A stretch of DNA of 64,000 bases from Carcharhinus amblyrhynchos (Eukaryota), in assembly GCA_965287045.1 (NCBI GenBank), contig OZ336881.1, forward strand, positions 49,600,001-49,664,000, in the 5' to 3' direction. The notes under the pieces are model-generated. The model did not search any database. It was not told the origin of the DNA and saw only the letters and a program-made list of their open reading frames with translations. A program made the position numbers and the translations under genes. Shown here piece by piece: positions 35,811-49,830 of this stretch (the first letter of the stretch is position 1; every line of letters starts with the position of its first letter).

Positions 35811-37660
35811 TTGAAGGGGTTTGAATGAATAAAGGGGTTATGGGAATATACAAACAGATTTGAAGAGGCTTTACGAGTATACAAAGAAAAAACGAGGAGA
35901 GTAGTTAAAGTAAATGTTGGTTCCTTCGAAGCAGAGACAGGAGAAATTATCATGAGGAAACGGCAGGAATATTGAACAAATATTTTGGATGGAATTTAAA
36001 ACCCTCCCCCGAGAGTTGGAAGGTGAGGGGCATTTAAACAGGCTACAGGGTGCGGGGTTGGGACCCTGCCACCTTTCGCCTCCTGATCTGATCAATTCCT
36101 TGAGCAGCCTTTACATCCCAAGATCAATTGAGACCCTTAAGTGTACAATCAGGTTTGCTTGTGAGCTCCAAGGATGGATTGCTCAGTCTCAAGCACTCAG
36201 TGGGGATAGGGAGGGGTTCTGACAGCCACCACTCTTCCCTTTCTTCCAAGAATTATATAGTTGAATTCTGAGTATAAGAAAGGTATTTGTGCAACATCAG
36301 ATTAAAGTAACAGGCTATGAACATCTAAGCTAACCTTACAGAATTATGGAAATTTATGGCACAACAGGAGGTCATTTGGTCAGTCAAATCTGTGCCAACC
36401 CTCAAAGAACAATGCAGCCTAATCTCACTTAGCTGCTCCTCATCATACTTTGCTGGTCACATCATTTTAAATGTGCACATCCAATAACTTTTTCGACGTT
36501 CTACCCTTAATATCCTTTAAAACAGCGAGATACGGACTATTTCCATAACGGTCATCCTCAACCCTTGCTCTCTGGTTGAAACATTTTTCAACTATTCTCT
36601 AATTATTTTAAATTATCCCCACTGGTTATTGATCTCTCCACTTAACAAAAAAGGTCCTTTGTATCCACTCTATCTAGGCCCAAAATAGTTTTATTCACCT
36701 CAACTAAATCTCCCTTCAGCCTCCTGTGTTCCAAAGAAAACAACAACAACCTATCCAATCTTTCCTCATAACTAACATTTTCCAGTTCTACCAACATCAT
36801 CCTCAATCTCCTGTTATATCTTTGAGGGTTGGCACAGATTTGACTGACCAAATGACCTCCTGTTGTGCCATAAATTTCCATAATTCTGTAAGGTTAGCTT
36901 AGATGTTCATAGCCTGTTACTTTAATCTGATGTTGCACAAATACCTTTCTTACACTCAGAATTCAACTATATAATTCTTGGAAGAAAGGGAAGAGTGGTG
37001 GCTGTCAGAACCCCTCCCTATCCCCACTGAGTGCTTGAGACTGAGCAATCCATCCTTGGAGCTCACAAGCAAACCTGATTGTACACTTAAGGGTCTCAAT
37101 TGATCTTGGGATGTAAAGGCCGCTCAAGGAATTGATCAGATCAGGAGGCGAAAGGTGGCAGGGTCCCAACCCCGCACCCTGTAGCCTGTTTAAATGCCCC
37201 TCACCTTCCAACTCTCGGGGGAGGGTTTTAAATTCCATCCAAAATATTTGTTCAATATTCCTGCCGTTTCCTCATGATAATTTCTCCTGTCTCTGCTTCG
37301 AAGGAACCAACATTTACTTTAACTACTCTCCTCGTTTTTTCTTTGTATACTCGTAAAGCCTCTTCAAATCTGTTTGTATATTCCCATAACCCCTTTATTC
37401 ATTCAAACCCCTTCAATATAGTGAATTCTAGCCTTTAGAATGTTAATTTGTATAGCATCACGACTGTGGAAAATGTTGCAAGCTCAACTTACACAGTTAC
37501 CACTGGAGTGTTTATGCATGGCACTTTTCAAAAGCCAATATTAATAGGTTTGATTTTATCTGTTGTCAATTTTGATTGTTTGGACTGACAATAGGATAAG
37601 TTATTTTATCACTGTTAATATATATATTAATCGAAATTTTGACTTGAAGAGGATTTGCAG
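35567..37660. repeat. Long inverted repeat: 842-bp arms 35567-36408 and 36819-37660, 410-bp spacer
   Basis: Mirror ORFs in the ORF track; arms are reverse complements with only 2 mismatches noticed by eye. Confidence 0.97.
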
Positions 37661-39419
37661 GATTTGCACACTACTACACTCTTGTCATTATTGTAATGTG
37701 GTGACCAGAACTGTACAAAATACTCTAGCTGTGGCCTAACTACATTTCTAGTATAATCTCCTTGCTCTTATGTTCTCTCCCTCAGCTAATACAGGAAAAT
37801 ATGCTTTCTCAACCACGTTATCCATCTGTTAACCTTCAGAGATCCGAGAATTCAGTCCAAAGACTTTACACTTCTCAAATTCCATCTACTTCTTGTTTGT
37901 TCCCTTGCCATGTTTGCCCTTACCAAATGCATCACCTCACACTTCTCTAGATTGAATTCCTTAAGGAATGGAAACCTACCATTCTTACCTGATCTGGCAC
38001 ACATGACTCCTGACTTACCACAATGTGATTGATTCTCAACAGCCTTCAAATGGTTTTTAGTGGTGGGCAACAAATACTGGCATTGCCAGTGATGTGCACA
38101 TCCCATTAAAGAACAAACAAACAAAATTCCCAGCATCCCTGGTCTCTCTTCATAAATAAAATCTCTCACCCCTGGTAGGATTCAGGTAAATCTCCTCAGT
38201 ACGCTCTCAAAGGTCTTGATATCATTACTAAATTGGACACAATGGCTTTTCGAGTCCTTCACACTGGCAGGATCTTCCAGTCTTGCCAATGTGAACAGAA
38301 ATTTCAGTGGCTCGCCAGCCCTGCCACGAGTAAATTGGGGGCGGGGGTTTGGAAAATTCTGACCAGTGCTTCAACTGATGCATAATCAGTGATTTTATAA
38401 TGGTTTAGTATAACTTCCTAAATTCAGGAAAAGAGGATGTGTAAAATGTTTGGATAGAGATGAGAAATGGTAAGAGCAACAAATCACTTGTGGGAGTTGT
38501 GTATAGGTCCCCTAGTAGTAACCACATGGGAAGGTGGAGCACAGAACAAGAAACAATAGGAGCTTGTCAGAAAGGCAGGGCAAAAATAATGGGAGAATTT
38601 AATCATATATATATTATATATGGACTGCAAAAGTCAGATGGGCAAAGGTAATCTAAATGAGGGGTTCATAGAATGTTCTTGGGATAGTTTCTTACAAACA
38701 GTAAGTTCTAGAGCCAACCAGAGAGCAGACTATACTAGACCTGCTGTGGTGCAGTGAGATGGGATTAATTAATGATCTCATAGTGAAGGAGTCCCAAAGT
38801 TGCAGTGATCATAATATGATGGAACTTTACATTCAATTTGAAGGAGAGAGGAGTGGGTCTGAGAATATGGATGGGATTTTCTGGTCCTTGCCACCAGCAG
38901 AATCTTGCAGACCCGCCGAAAGCCACCCCTCCATGCAGCTGGAGCCCTGACAGCAAGACGAGTGAGCCACGCAAAACAGCTGTAAGCATGGGCAGGGCCT
39001 GAAGATCCCACCAGTGGCCTTTGGTGTGCTGCCTCCACCACTGGAAACATGCCACAGCACTCAACCTCTGCCTGCCCTCCCCTCCAGCGCTGAGGCTTTT
39101 CCAGTGTGCATTTCACACTAGCTGCCCATTAATTGGCTAGCCAACATGAAATCACATTTCAGAGCCAACTGTTTCCAGGCCCAGTGAGTCCAGTTGCCTG
39201 AGGAATTCAGGCCTATGGCTTCACCAAGAATTCCAAATGCTTTTTAAATTGCTTTCTAACTTGTCCTTCAACTTCAGGTTCTTATGTATGTGAAATGCCC
39301 AGGTGTCTCTGTATTAACGCACCCTTTAGAATTGTACTATTTATTTTCTTCTTCCTCTCAAAATATTGTTTTATGCAACAACACAATATGTTACCTTATG
39401 CTGGTAAAAATGATTAAGA

Positions 39420-40080
39420 ACATATTGTCCTTGCAATTAATTTATGTATTGAGCATGAAATGGTCCATGGAACTTATTAAGAAACAGACAGCTTTGTCTT
39501 TGTTGACAAAAAGACAATAACATTAATAAAACATCTGGATCTATTGATATCATATGTATTTTTATTTTTTAACTACCAGATAGTTAGTTACCTGTATTCA
39601 GGAATAAAAGCTTAAAATCTATAATGATAGTGATGTTTGAGGTACTGTGCTAATATTGCCTCAGGCATCTCAGTCTTGCATCCCTTCTTCATTGACATTG
39701 TTCATCAGTGGAAGAAAAGAAAGAAGCCTTCAGAGCCTGATTTCTAGTAAATCTAGTGGATAAAATTTGTTTCTGTGTTTATAATGCCTCTCTAGGTTGT
39801 CGCTAGCAACCACAAAAATGCCAATAAATCACTTTGAGAAACAAGGTTTTGAGTATACAGTCTTCCAGCAGAGAAGAATTGTGGTGCTGAGAGTTATTCA
39901 CTCATTAATAAGTGCATAAGATAACTCTTTTACCAACTGAAGCAGCAGTAAAACACAAAACTACAGTGGAATGAGCAATGTCATTTTCCATTGCATTTCT
40001 AACAATGAAAACAACAGATCTGAAAAATGCTAGAACTGGAGTGTCATAGTTCTATAAAAATCCTACTATCAACAATCAGT
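39420..40080 (-). pseudogene. Third diverged copy of the EVE segment at 34900-35530
   Basis: Shared blocks TAGCAACCACAAAAATG, AATAAATCACTTTGAGAAACAAG, TCATTTTCCATTGCATT, TATAAAAATCCTACTATCAACAATCAG. Confidence 0.65.
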
Positions 40081-40089
40081 CAAACACTC

Positions 40090-41320
40090 CCTACATGAAA
40101 ACATTTCCCTACTCCCCTCCTATCCTTTTGCCAATTATTTTAAATTATCCCCATTGGTTATTGACGTCTCTGCTAAAAGAAAATGATTCTTCTTATCCAT
40201 TCTATCTAAGCCTAAAATTTGTTTTTATCTTTTAACTAAATCTCCCTTTAGCCTTCTGTATTCCAAAGAGAACAACTGCAGCCTATCCAACCTTTCCTAA
40301 CTAATATTTTCTAATCCTGCCAACATCTTTATTAATCTCCTCAGTACACTCATGAGTGCACGCACATCATTACTGTAATGTGGTGATTAGAACTGTACAA
40401 AATGCTCTAACTGTGGCCTAGCTAGTGTTTTATACATTTCTAATATAACCCCCTTGCTCTATGTTCTCTCCTTCAGTTCATATATGAAAGTATGCCTTCT
40501 TAACCACCTTATAAATCTGTTCCACTACTTTCAGAGGTTTCTGAACATTTGTCCAAAGTGTTTACATTTCTCAATATCGTACCATTTATTGTGTATTCTC
40601 TTGTGCTGTTTGCCTTCACCAAATGCATTATCTCAACACTTCTCTGAATCGAATTCTATTTGTCACTTTTCCACCCAGGAGGTCAGACTATTAAAAACTC
40701 TCTGCAATCTACAGCTTTTCCCTCATATCAATCACATGGCCAATCTTTACATCATCTGCAAACTTCTTCATCACACCTTATCATTTAAATTTATATCATT
40801 GATAGATGCCATAAAAAAACCAGCGACATGCTATTGAGAGTTGCGGAATCCCACTGGAAATAGCTTTCTAGTCACAAAACCATTACCCTTTTGCTTCTCG
40901 CCATGAGGAATGTTTTAGATCGTACTTGCCACTTTCTGTTAGATCAAATGGGCTTTTACTTTTCTGATCAGACTCCCATGGACGCCGTCAGAGGCTTTGT
41001 TAAAATCAATGTAGACTAAATCAAATGTACCACTCTCACCGACACTCCTTGTTACCCCCTCCAAAATTTCAGTTACGATAATCAGGCATTTTCCTTAAGA
41101 AGTCCATGCTGACCATTATTAATTAACCTGTACAAACCTGCTTAAATGATGATTAATATTTATTTTCAGGATCTTTTCCCAACAATTTGCCCACTATTAA
41201 CATTAAGCTAACTAACAGTAATTACTCATTCTGTCCCCTTCTCCCTTTTTAAACAATGATACAGTGGTTAGCAATTTTCCAGACTTCTTGGCAGCATGAA
41301 GATTGGAAAATGATGTTCAG
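40090..41320 (-). mobile_element. Old degraded CR1 LINE 3' half
   Basis: Degenerate RT sequence similar to the 27.6-28.1 and 36.5-36.8 kb fragments. Confidence 0.8.
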
Positions 41321-41941
41321 AGTGGATAAAAGACCAATCTACTTAGAATGCAATCCCAAATATTTTCAAAGGTCTCTTTTCATACAACATTTGAAAGTTA
41401 AGAACATGAAGAGAACGAATAATGCAGCATTAAGATAACTCTTTGTTAACACTTGGAAGCTCACTATATTGTTACATAGACAGATGCCCTTTTAGTAAAA
41501 TGCAGGATTAAAATATCTACAGAAACAAATAACTCAAATACTTATGTCCATATTGATCATCATACAAGTATATTTATTAACTGTCTCTTATCAGAAGGAA
41601 TAACTGAGATCCAGCAAGATATCTATTTCAGTGTAAGGAGAAAATGGATAGAGTGGACACAGAGCATAAAACAAATGTAGGAAAAACAGAACGGCAGGGA
41701 TTGGAAATCAAGAAGTCAGAAGTTGGTGGTCTGCGGCTCCCTAAAACGTATTCACAGGAAGGGCAAAGGATGCCTAAACCTCAAATTTACACTACTGGAA
41801 AGTGAAGCCACTTCATTATCAATGGACTGAAAAATACTGTTGTTGATCATTTTACATTAATATAGTGGATTAATATGTGAAATCTGAATATGTAATTTTG
41901 AATCATAAAGTCTCTTATGTTGTTCTCTGATTTGATTCTAG

Positions 41942-42051
41942 GTTGGATTGGATTTCAGTCCACGATTTGCCAGCACTGAGGCACAGAAAAATGAACAGAG
42001 AAAGGTCTTCATTGAACAGATTGAAATTGCAAAGCGGCTGGACCTACCCTT
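41942..42051 (+). CDS. TATDN3: TATDN3 exon: VGLDFSPRFASTEAQKNEQRKVFIEQIEIAKRLDLP(L)
   Basis: ttctag acceptor, gtaatt donor; completes GEVGLD; 110 nt, phase 0/2. Confidence 0.96.
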
Positions 42052-42754
42052 GTAATTAAAACCTTTTTTTCTATGGGAATTAGGAAAGGGGAGAGGAAAG
42101 TCCAAGTTACTTGCCATCCTGTTATGACAAGAAGAAATGCTTGTATAGGCCGACAGTTCAGGCAAATCAGCTATATGATACTACATCAATCCACTTCAAT
42201 AGTATCATGAAACAAACCAAATCTCACCTATTTCTTTATATCACTGTTAGAATAGTAGTATTTACTTTGTGCCCCATCAAAAGGCAATTTCCCTTGAGCA
42301 GATACATCATGGGGCTGTGACTTTCGGTGGGGTGGCAATTGCATCATGTTGCCACTCAGCTCAAAAGTACTTATCTTGATATCCAACTGCTCTCATCTCC
42401 CTCAGGCTGGGCAGCTTCCTCCCAGAACCTACCATTGTGTACAGCTGAGTCACAAGTAAGTGGCCTGGCCAGTGGGGTGGTGGTGCAGAGTCAGGCCTAG
42501 TCAGGGTTGGTAGTGTTGGATAGTTGGTTGTAGCATGGAGTAGACCTCTTGGGCTCTTTCTATAGCTGCCATTGTATTGAAAAGGTGCAGATCGCCGATG
42601 GTCATTTCAACTGTCCTGCTACTTTCTCAAAAGTGGAAAAAATGACTCCACGTCACTCTGCTTAGATTTGGGAATGAATCTAATAGATTTGTGGACCTCA
42701 GAGAGTGATGGTTGGCAGTGATCCTTGGGCCTGGGGCCTTGGGGTTTGGGAAGA

Positions 42755-43020
42755 TTTATTTGATTTATTATTGTCGCATGTATTAGTATACAGTGAAAAG
42801 TATTATTTCTCGCGCTATACAGACAAAGCGTACTGTACATAAGGAAGGAAAGGAGAGAATGCAGAATGTATTGTTAAAATCATATATAGAATGTAGAGAA
42901 CGATTAACTTAATGCGAGGTAGGTCCATTCAAAAGTCTGATGGCAGTAGGGAAGAAGCTGTTTTTGAGTTGGTTGGTATGTGTCCTGAGACTTTTGTATC
43001 TTTTTCTCCATAGAAGAAGG
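42755..43020 (-). mobile_element. Rex1/Babar-like LINE 3' end (another short copy at 34050-34200)
   Basis: Reverse strand reads TNQLKNSFFPTAIRLLNG followed by an (AAATC)n-like tail. Confidence 0.7.
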
Positions 43021-44169
43021 TGTTGGATTAGAATGTGCAAAGGAAAGGGTCTTGCCAGGCACCAAGCTGGCAGGCCAGGGCAAGGGATTGGGTGATTGGG
43101 GTTTAATAGGTCATTGGGAAGTTAAACCTGGTTAGGGAAACTGGGAGTAGGGTGTTGGGGCACCTCCAATGGGCCCAGAGAACTGTTTAAGGTGGTACCA
43201 CGCCCCACCCTGCCTTCCACCAGCTTGTGCAAGGAAACTTGCCGGGCTGGCCTGTTAGCATGGGCCTCTCCTGCTGCCAATTAAATCCCAGTGTGGTAGA
43301 AAGAGGCCCTTAAATTGGCACTAATTGCCTTCTTAAGAGCCTTAATTGTTGCACTGGTTGGTGGGCTGTCTATGCCACCCACCATTGGTACAATTGTGGT
43401 GGGGGCAGGGGTGGGCAAGTTGTGGGCAGGTCACCCGCTGGATTTAACCAATGCCCGCTGCTTACAAGCCCTTGGGCCAGGAGTGTTAAATTCAGCCCTA
43501 GGATTTCTACCTTTGCAGGATCAGGAATTTCTGATAGAGTCAATTTACACAGACGTTCCCGCAAGAGAAACACTACAGTAATACTTTGTTCAGCTTCAGT
43601 GCAGGCTGATGAAGCATGGGATTTTGTCACCATCCTAAATTGCATTGTTTAAAAACTGCAATTCGCCAGGACCATTTCTCAAAACATAAATACTTGGTTA
43701 AGTAAACAGTTTTCAATTAAATTGCTTGTAGAACCTTTCAGCTCCATCGGAGAGGCGCCTCAGTTATTGCAAAAAATGAAATCAATATTATGTTCAGAAA
43801 GCCTCTACCTATATTTTTTGAAGACAATTATCAGACTAAGATCTATGGAATGTGTAAAAATGGTGGATGATTAAACAACTAATAATAGAAGGGGATGTTC
43901 CATGAACATCCACATCTTTAATAGAGCCCTGCACATGAGTGCAAAAGACAAGGCTTAAGTCTTTGTGACCACCTTCAGCCAGATGTTACGAGTGGATGAT
44001 CCACCTTGGCCTGCTCCTGAGGTCCTCAACATCACAGATGCCAGTCTTCAGCCAATTGATTCACTCCACATGATATCAAAAAATGGCTGAATGCAACGGA
44101 TGTAAAAAAAGCCAAGGTTCTGATAACCCTCTGGCTGAACATCTGTGTTCCAGGACAGCCATAGCACCG

Positions 44170-45330
44170 GCATCTATCAGACACCATGCCACAATGGTTG
44201 GTGTCAGTAAAATGGTGGATAAGAGAGTATTGTGTGAATCTTACCTATTTGAACTTCTACAAGGCATTTTCCAGTCAGTCCCACACAAGAGATTATTAGC
44301 AAAGCTGAAAACACTTTGGATTGGTGGCAACATTGCCTTGTGATGTAGCTTAGAAATTGGGATATAGGGGACAGAGAGTAAGAATAAGAGATGGTTATTC
44401 TAATTTATAGGATACGACAAGTGGTATTCCCCAGGGATCTGCACTGTACAATGATTTGGATGAAGTAATAAAAACTTGTACGTCAAAGTTTTCAGAGGAC
44501 ATTCAGTTGGGAGACAAAGTAAATTGTATAGATCGGAGCAGGAAATTATAGAGGGAAATAGATAACGGTACCGTGGCAAACAGAGTTCATTATGGGGAAG
44601 TGTGAGTTCATCCACTTTGATTCATGAGAAACAGGAATATTTTCCAAATGGTGACAAACTAGAAGCAAGGGGGAGCAGAGATGTGAGTACCCACATTCAA
44701 ATATCACTCATTTTGGACAGAATCAAAGAGCTTAATGGAATATTAACTTTTATCTCAATGGGGGCTAGAATACAAAGGTATGGAAGTTATGCTTAAGTTA
44801 TACAGAACTTTGTGCAAATCCCACCTGTAGTACTGCGTTCAGCTCATGTCAAGCAGAATATATTTATCTTGGAGACGATATAAGCACAGAATCAACAGAA
44901 TAATAATAGATTAAAAGAATTAAATTATAAGGAGAGCTTGCATACACTTGGTTTATATTTGCTTTAGTATTGAAGATTGAGTGGCAATTTAATCATAGTA
45001 TTTAAAATGATAAATGGATTTGAAAGGAAAGATAAAGAGAAACTGTTTTCCCTTGTGGAGGTATCCAGAGCTTTTGAATCCTTAAAATGAGAGCCAGGCC
45101 ATTAAGAAGGGAAATCAGAAAGCCCTTCTTCACATGTGGGGCAAAAAAATCTACAACTCTTTCCTGACAAAGACTGTGGCTACTGGATGAATTAAGGCTT
45201 TCAAGACTAAGATTTAAAGATTTTTCTTAGGTAAATCTATCAGCAAAGCAAAGGTGAGTAAATAAAGTTGACGTATAAATCAATCGTCATCAAATTGAAA
45301 GCGGAAATGGCATACTCCTGTACTCATGTC
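44170..45330 (+). mobile_element. Very old CR1 LINE RT/3' fragment
   Basis: SVPHKRLLAKLK, SGIPQGS remnants. Confidence 0.75.
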
Positions 45331-46489
45331 TCTCTATATTAGCATCACAGATCATTGTGTTAATGCCACTTATTATTAGTGCAATGTTAATTGTGTTTCA
45401 TATATAACTTCTTGTTTAGTGCTGATTCATCCTACCGTTCATAGTTTCAGAGGCTGACTGGTTTGGCTTGACCAGGAACTTAGTCTACTTAAAAACCGCA
45501 ATGCACTAAAATGTCATTTTAAAGTTTGATATTTGTTTGTGTTTTTTTTTGGTTATAGTTTTGAATGAAAAGATATGTGCCTGCATTGTGTCATATATTG
45601 CCAATAAATCCAAATATTTCCCATTGTAGTGACATACTGTTTTGGTGTAATTATCAATATCTACAGGCTAAATTGGCTATCGCTTGTAGTCCATCCATGC
45701 TTGGAAACTCAACACATATTTTCCTTATAATCTTTGAGCAGTTATCAAGATGGAAGTTCCAAAACACATTCAGTGGACAAAAGGGTTATTGATCAGTATT
45801 GTTTCATTTTGTGATGTATGTTCAGTGCAAAACATACGTTCTGGGTTTTCTTTTGCTGTTCACTGTTGTTGCGGCTGTTCATCTTCAGCATTCTCCCTTT
45901 TTGTGAACCTGATTGAACATTAACAAATCAAGAAGTTTAATTTGCATGACCTTTCTCTTTTCATTACTCTCAATTCTAATTGCAGGGATAAAGTATGGCG
46001 ACATGGCATACAACATGGTCAAGACTTCTATTTCTGGTTTGCGTGGAACAAGCTAGATGTTGTTTCGCTTCACATTATGATGTTTTATTTCTAATAATAC
46101 AAACTATCACCTAAAGGTGTGCATATATTTATCAAGAAGAGGAGTATTAAAAGATTCACAGGACACTGGATGAGGAGAGGAGCGAAAAGGGGCCATAAGT
46201 ATCAAGATGATGATCACATGTATTACTTAACTAAAAATAAGAGCACACCTGATTTAGAATAGGCACTTGTTCTCAAGTGCCAAAGCAGACAGTGTAGGGT
46301 CATTTGTCAATAAGTACATAAGTACTTAACATTAGTTCAAGTTGGGAAGAGTAGTTTTAACATTATGGGCTATTAACCACAGGTGCAATACTGGAATTTC
46401 TCTGCATGGACTCATTGTAAGAAACATCCAGGTGATTTCTGAAGGTGCTGTGGAGGAATTTAAGGAATGTCATCACTGAAGTTAGTGGA

Positions 46490-47420
46490 GATCATAGAGG
46501 TCATAGAGGTTTATGGCATAGAAACAGGCCCTTCAGCTCAACTTGTCTATGCTGCCCTTTTTTCACCACTAAGTTAGTTCCAATTGTCTGTGTTTTGCAC
46601 ATACCCCCCTATACCAATCTTACCGATGAAAATGTCTAAATGCTTTATAAAAGACAAAATTTTACCCGCCTCTACTACTACCCCTGGCAACTCATTCCAG
46701 ACACTCAGCACCCTCTGTGTGAAAAAATTGCCCCTCTGGACCTTTTTGTATCTCTCCCCTCTCAACTTAAACCTATGCTTCTAGTTTTAGACTCTCCTAC
46801 CTTTGGGAAAAGGTGTTGACTATCTACCTTATCTATGCCCTTCAGTATTTTATAGACCTCTATAAGATCACCCCTAAGCCTCCTACGCTCCACGGAAAAA
46901 AGTTCCAGTCTATCTAGCCTCTCCTTATAACTTAAATCATTCAGTCCCAGTTTCTGCACTCTTTCTAGTTCAATAAAATCCTTTCTATAATAGGATGGCC
47001 AGAACTGTACATAGTATCCCAAGTGTGGCCTTACCAATGTCTTGTACAACTTCAACAAGATGTCCCAACTCTCCTTATTCAGTGTTCTGACCAATGAAAT
47101 CAAGCATGCCAAATGCCTTCTTCACCACTCTGTCCACCTGTGACTCCACTTTCAAGGAGCTATGAACTTGTGCCCCTAGATCTCTTTATTCTATAACTCT
47201 CCCCAATACCCTACCGTTAACTGAGTATGTCCTGTCCTGGTTCAATCTACCAAAATGCATCTCCTCGCATTTATCTAAATTAAACTTGATCTGCCACTCA
47301 TCAACCCACTGGCCTAATTGATCAAGATCCTGTTGCAATCCTAGATAACCTGCTTCAGTGTCCACCATGCAACCAAATTTACTAACTATGCCTCCTAAAT
47401 TCTCATCCAAGTCATTAATA
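46490..47420 (-). mobile_element. CR1 LINE 3' fragment
   Basis: LYKTLVRPHLGY...RRLRGDLIEVYK; (CTATGA)-type tail. Confidence 0.9.
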
Positions 47421-47511
47421 TGCTTTTAATTCTGCATTGCTGTTTAGACTGTTAGTAATTTGTAGGGTTCCAATGTGAAAATGGGAGCAATCTGAATAGG
47501 GGTGAAATGGT

Positions 47512-47850
47512 GGTCCCTAGCGCAGTAGTTAGCACTGTTGCCTCACATTGCCAGGGACCCAGGATCAATTCCAGCCTTCAGTGATTGTGTAGAGTTTACA
47601 TGTTTTCCCTGTGTTTGCGTGGGTTTTCTCCTGGTGCTCCAGTTTGCTCCAGTTTCCTCCCACAATCCAAAAGACGTGCAGATTAGGAGGATTGGCCATG
47701 CTAAAGTGTCCAAAGATGTGTAGGTTAGAGGGATTAGCTGGGTAAATACATGGGGTTACAGGAAAAGGGCTGATGCTCTGACAGAGAGTTGTTGCAGACT
47801 TGTTGGGCCAAATGGCCTCTTTCTGCACAGTAGGGATTCTGTAATTCTAC
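47512..47850 (+). mobile_element. tRNA-derived SINE (HE1-type)
   Basis: GTTAGCACTGTTGCCTCAC head; CR1-like 3' tail. Confidence 0.85.
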
Positions 47851-48019
47851 GAAAATTGCAAAATCTGGTTACCAAATGGGCAATCTTTTAAGTTTTCTAT
47901 TTTCATTTTCAAAATACGTAGCTGCAGTGGCACAGGAAGTAATGCCACAATTTTTAACCTAAGAATTGTTTAAAAAACTGAAATAACTTAATATATATTT
48001 TTTATTATTTGTTCTTATG

Positions 48020-49830
48020 ATGTGAGGGCCATTGGTTATTGACCCCTGTACTAAGGGGAAAAGTTTCTTCCTTTTTTGCCTTAACTATGTCCCTCATAAT
48101 TTTGTACACCTCAGTCATGTTCCCCCTCAGCCTTCTCTGCTCTAAAGAAAACAACCTCAGTTTAACCAGCCTCTCTTCATAGCTGAAAGTCTCCAGACCA
48201 GGCAACATCTTGGTGAATCTCCACTGTACCCTTTCTAATGCAACCACATCCTTCCTATTGTGTGAACTGCAGACAGTACTCTCAACTGTGGCATTATGAA
48301 CATTTTATACACCTCAGTCATAACCTTGCTGCTCTTATTTCTATGCCTCAGCTAATAAATTCAAGTGTCCCATGTCCTTTCTTAATCACCTTATCTACCT
48401 ATCCTGCTGCCTTCAAGGATCTTTGGACATGTACCCCATAGTCCTCTCTGTCCTCTGTACTTCCTAGCATTCTATCATTCATTACGTATACCGTTGTACA
48501 AAGAACAACACAGCACGGGAAACAGGCCCTTCGGCCCAACGAGCCCGCGCCGCCGTCCCATTGTCTCAGTGACCTATTCATGATTTTAGTCTTGTTAGTC
48601 CTCTCAAAACACATCACCTCACACTGTTAAGGGTTAAATTCCATTTGCAACCGTTCTGTCTATCTGACCAGCCTGTCTACGTCATCCTGCAATCTAAGGC
48701 TTTCCTCCTTGTTATTTATCACACCAGCAATTTTCATGTCATCTACAAACTTAATCATCATACTTGCCACATTCATATCTAGATGATTAATGTACATGAC
48801 AAACAGCAGGAGACCCAGCTCTGATTCCTGCAGGATACCATGGGACTCAGGATTTCTGTCACTAAAGCAAGCTTTGGCTATCACCTCCTGCCACTAAGCC
48901 ACTTTTGGATCTAATTTGCAAAGTTGCCCTGGATTCTCAAGGGCTCTTACCTCCTTGATTATATCTACAGTGCTGTTAGGGAGGAAGTTCCAGGAATTTG
49001 ACCCAGTGACAGTGAAAGAATGACAGTATATTTGCAAGGCAGGATAGTACGTGACATGAAGTGGGACTTCCAGGTGGTGGTGTTCCCATGCATCAATTGC
49101 TCTTGATCAAATAAGTGGCAGGGATCAAGAGTTTGAAGTGATTGGAAGATGAAGCATTCAAGAAGAGTTGCTGCAGCACATCTTGTAAGTGGTACATATT
49201 GCTGCCACTATATGTTGGTGATGGAGAGAACGGATGTTTTAAGGTGATGGATGGGGTGCCAGCCTTGCAAGCTGTTTTGTCTTGGATGGTGTTGGCTTTA
49301 TGGTTAGAGCTGCACTTATCCAGATGAGTGAAGACGATTCTATCACAATCCTGACTTGTACCTTATAAATGGGGACAGTCTTTGGAGAATCAGGAGGTGA
49401 GTTACTCACTGCAGAGTAACTCTCAAATGTTGATGGTAGGGTCTTCAGCAATGACAATGCCATAGAATGTCAATGGAAGATGGTTAGGCTATCTCTGGTT
49501 GCCAGGCATCTGTGTGATGTGAATGTTACTTGCCATTCATAAGCTCAAACCTGATTTTTGTTTACATGTTGCTACATCCAGGCATGAACTGTTTGGTGCT
49601 CCGGTTTCCTCCCACACTTCAAAGATGTGTAGATTAGGTGGATTCACCATGCTAAATTGCCCTTTAGTGTCCAAAGATGTGTCGGGTAGATGAATAAGCC
49701 ATGATAAATGTATGGGAGATGTATGGGTACGAGATAAATGTATGGGTAGGATACTCTTCCAGAGAGTTGGTGCAAACTCAATGGGCCATATGGCCCCCTT
49801 CTGGACTGTAGGGATTCTGTGATTCTGTAA
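48020..49830 (-). mobile_element. Mosaic of CR1 fragment (48020-48960), second-family LINE fragment (48970-49590) and a SINE body (49595-49825, +)
   Basis: ERVQWRFTKMLPGL, KFVDDMKI; similarity to the 29.3 kb LINE and to the SINE bodies. Confidence 0.8.
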
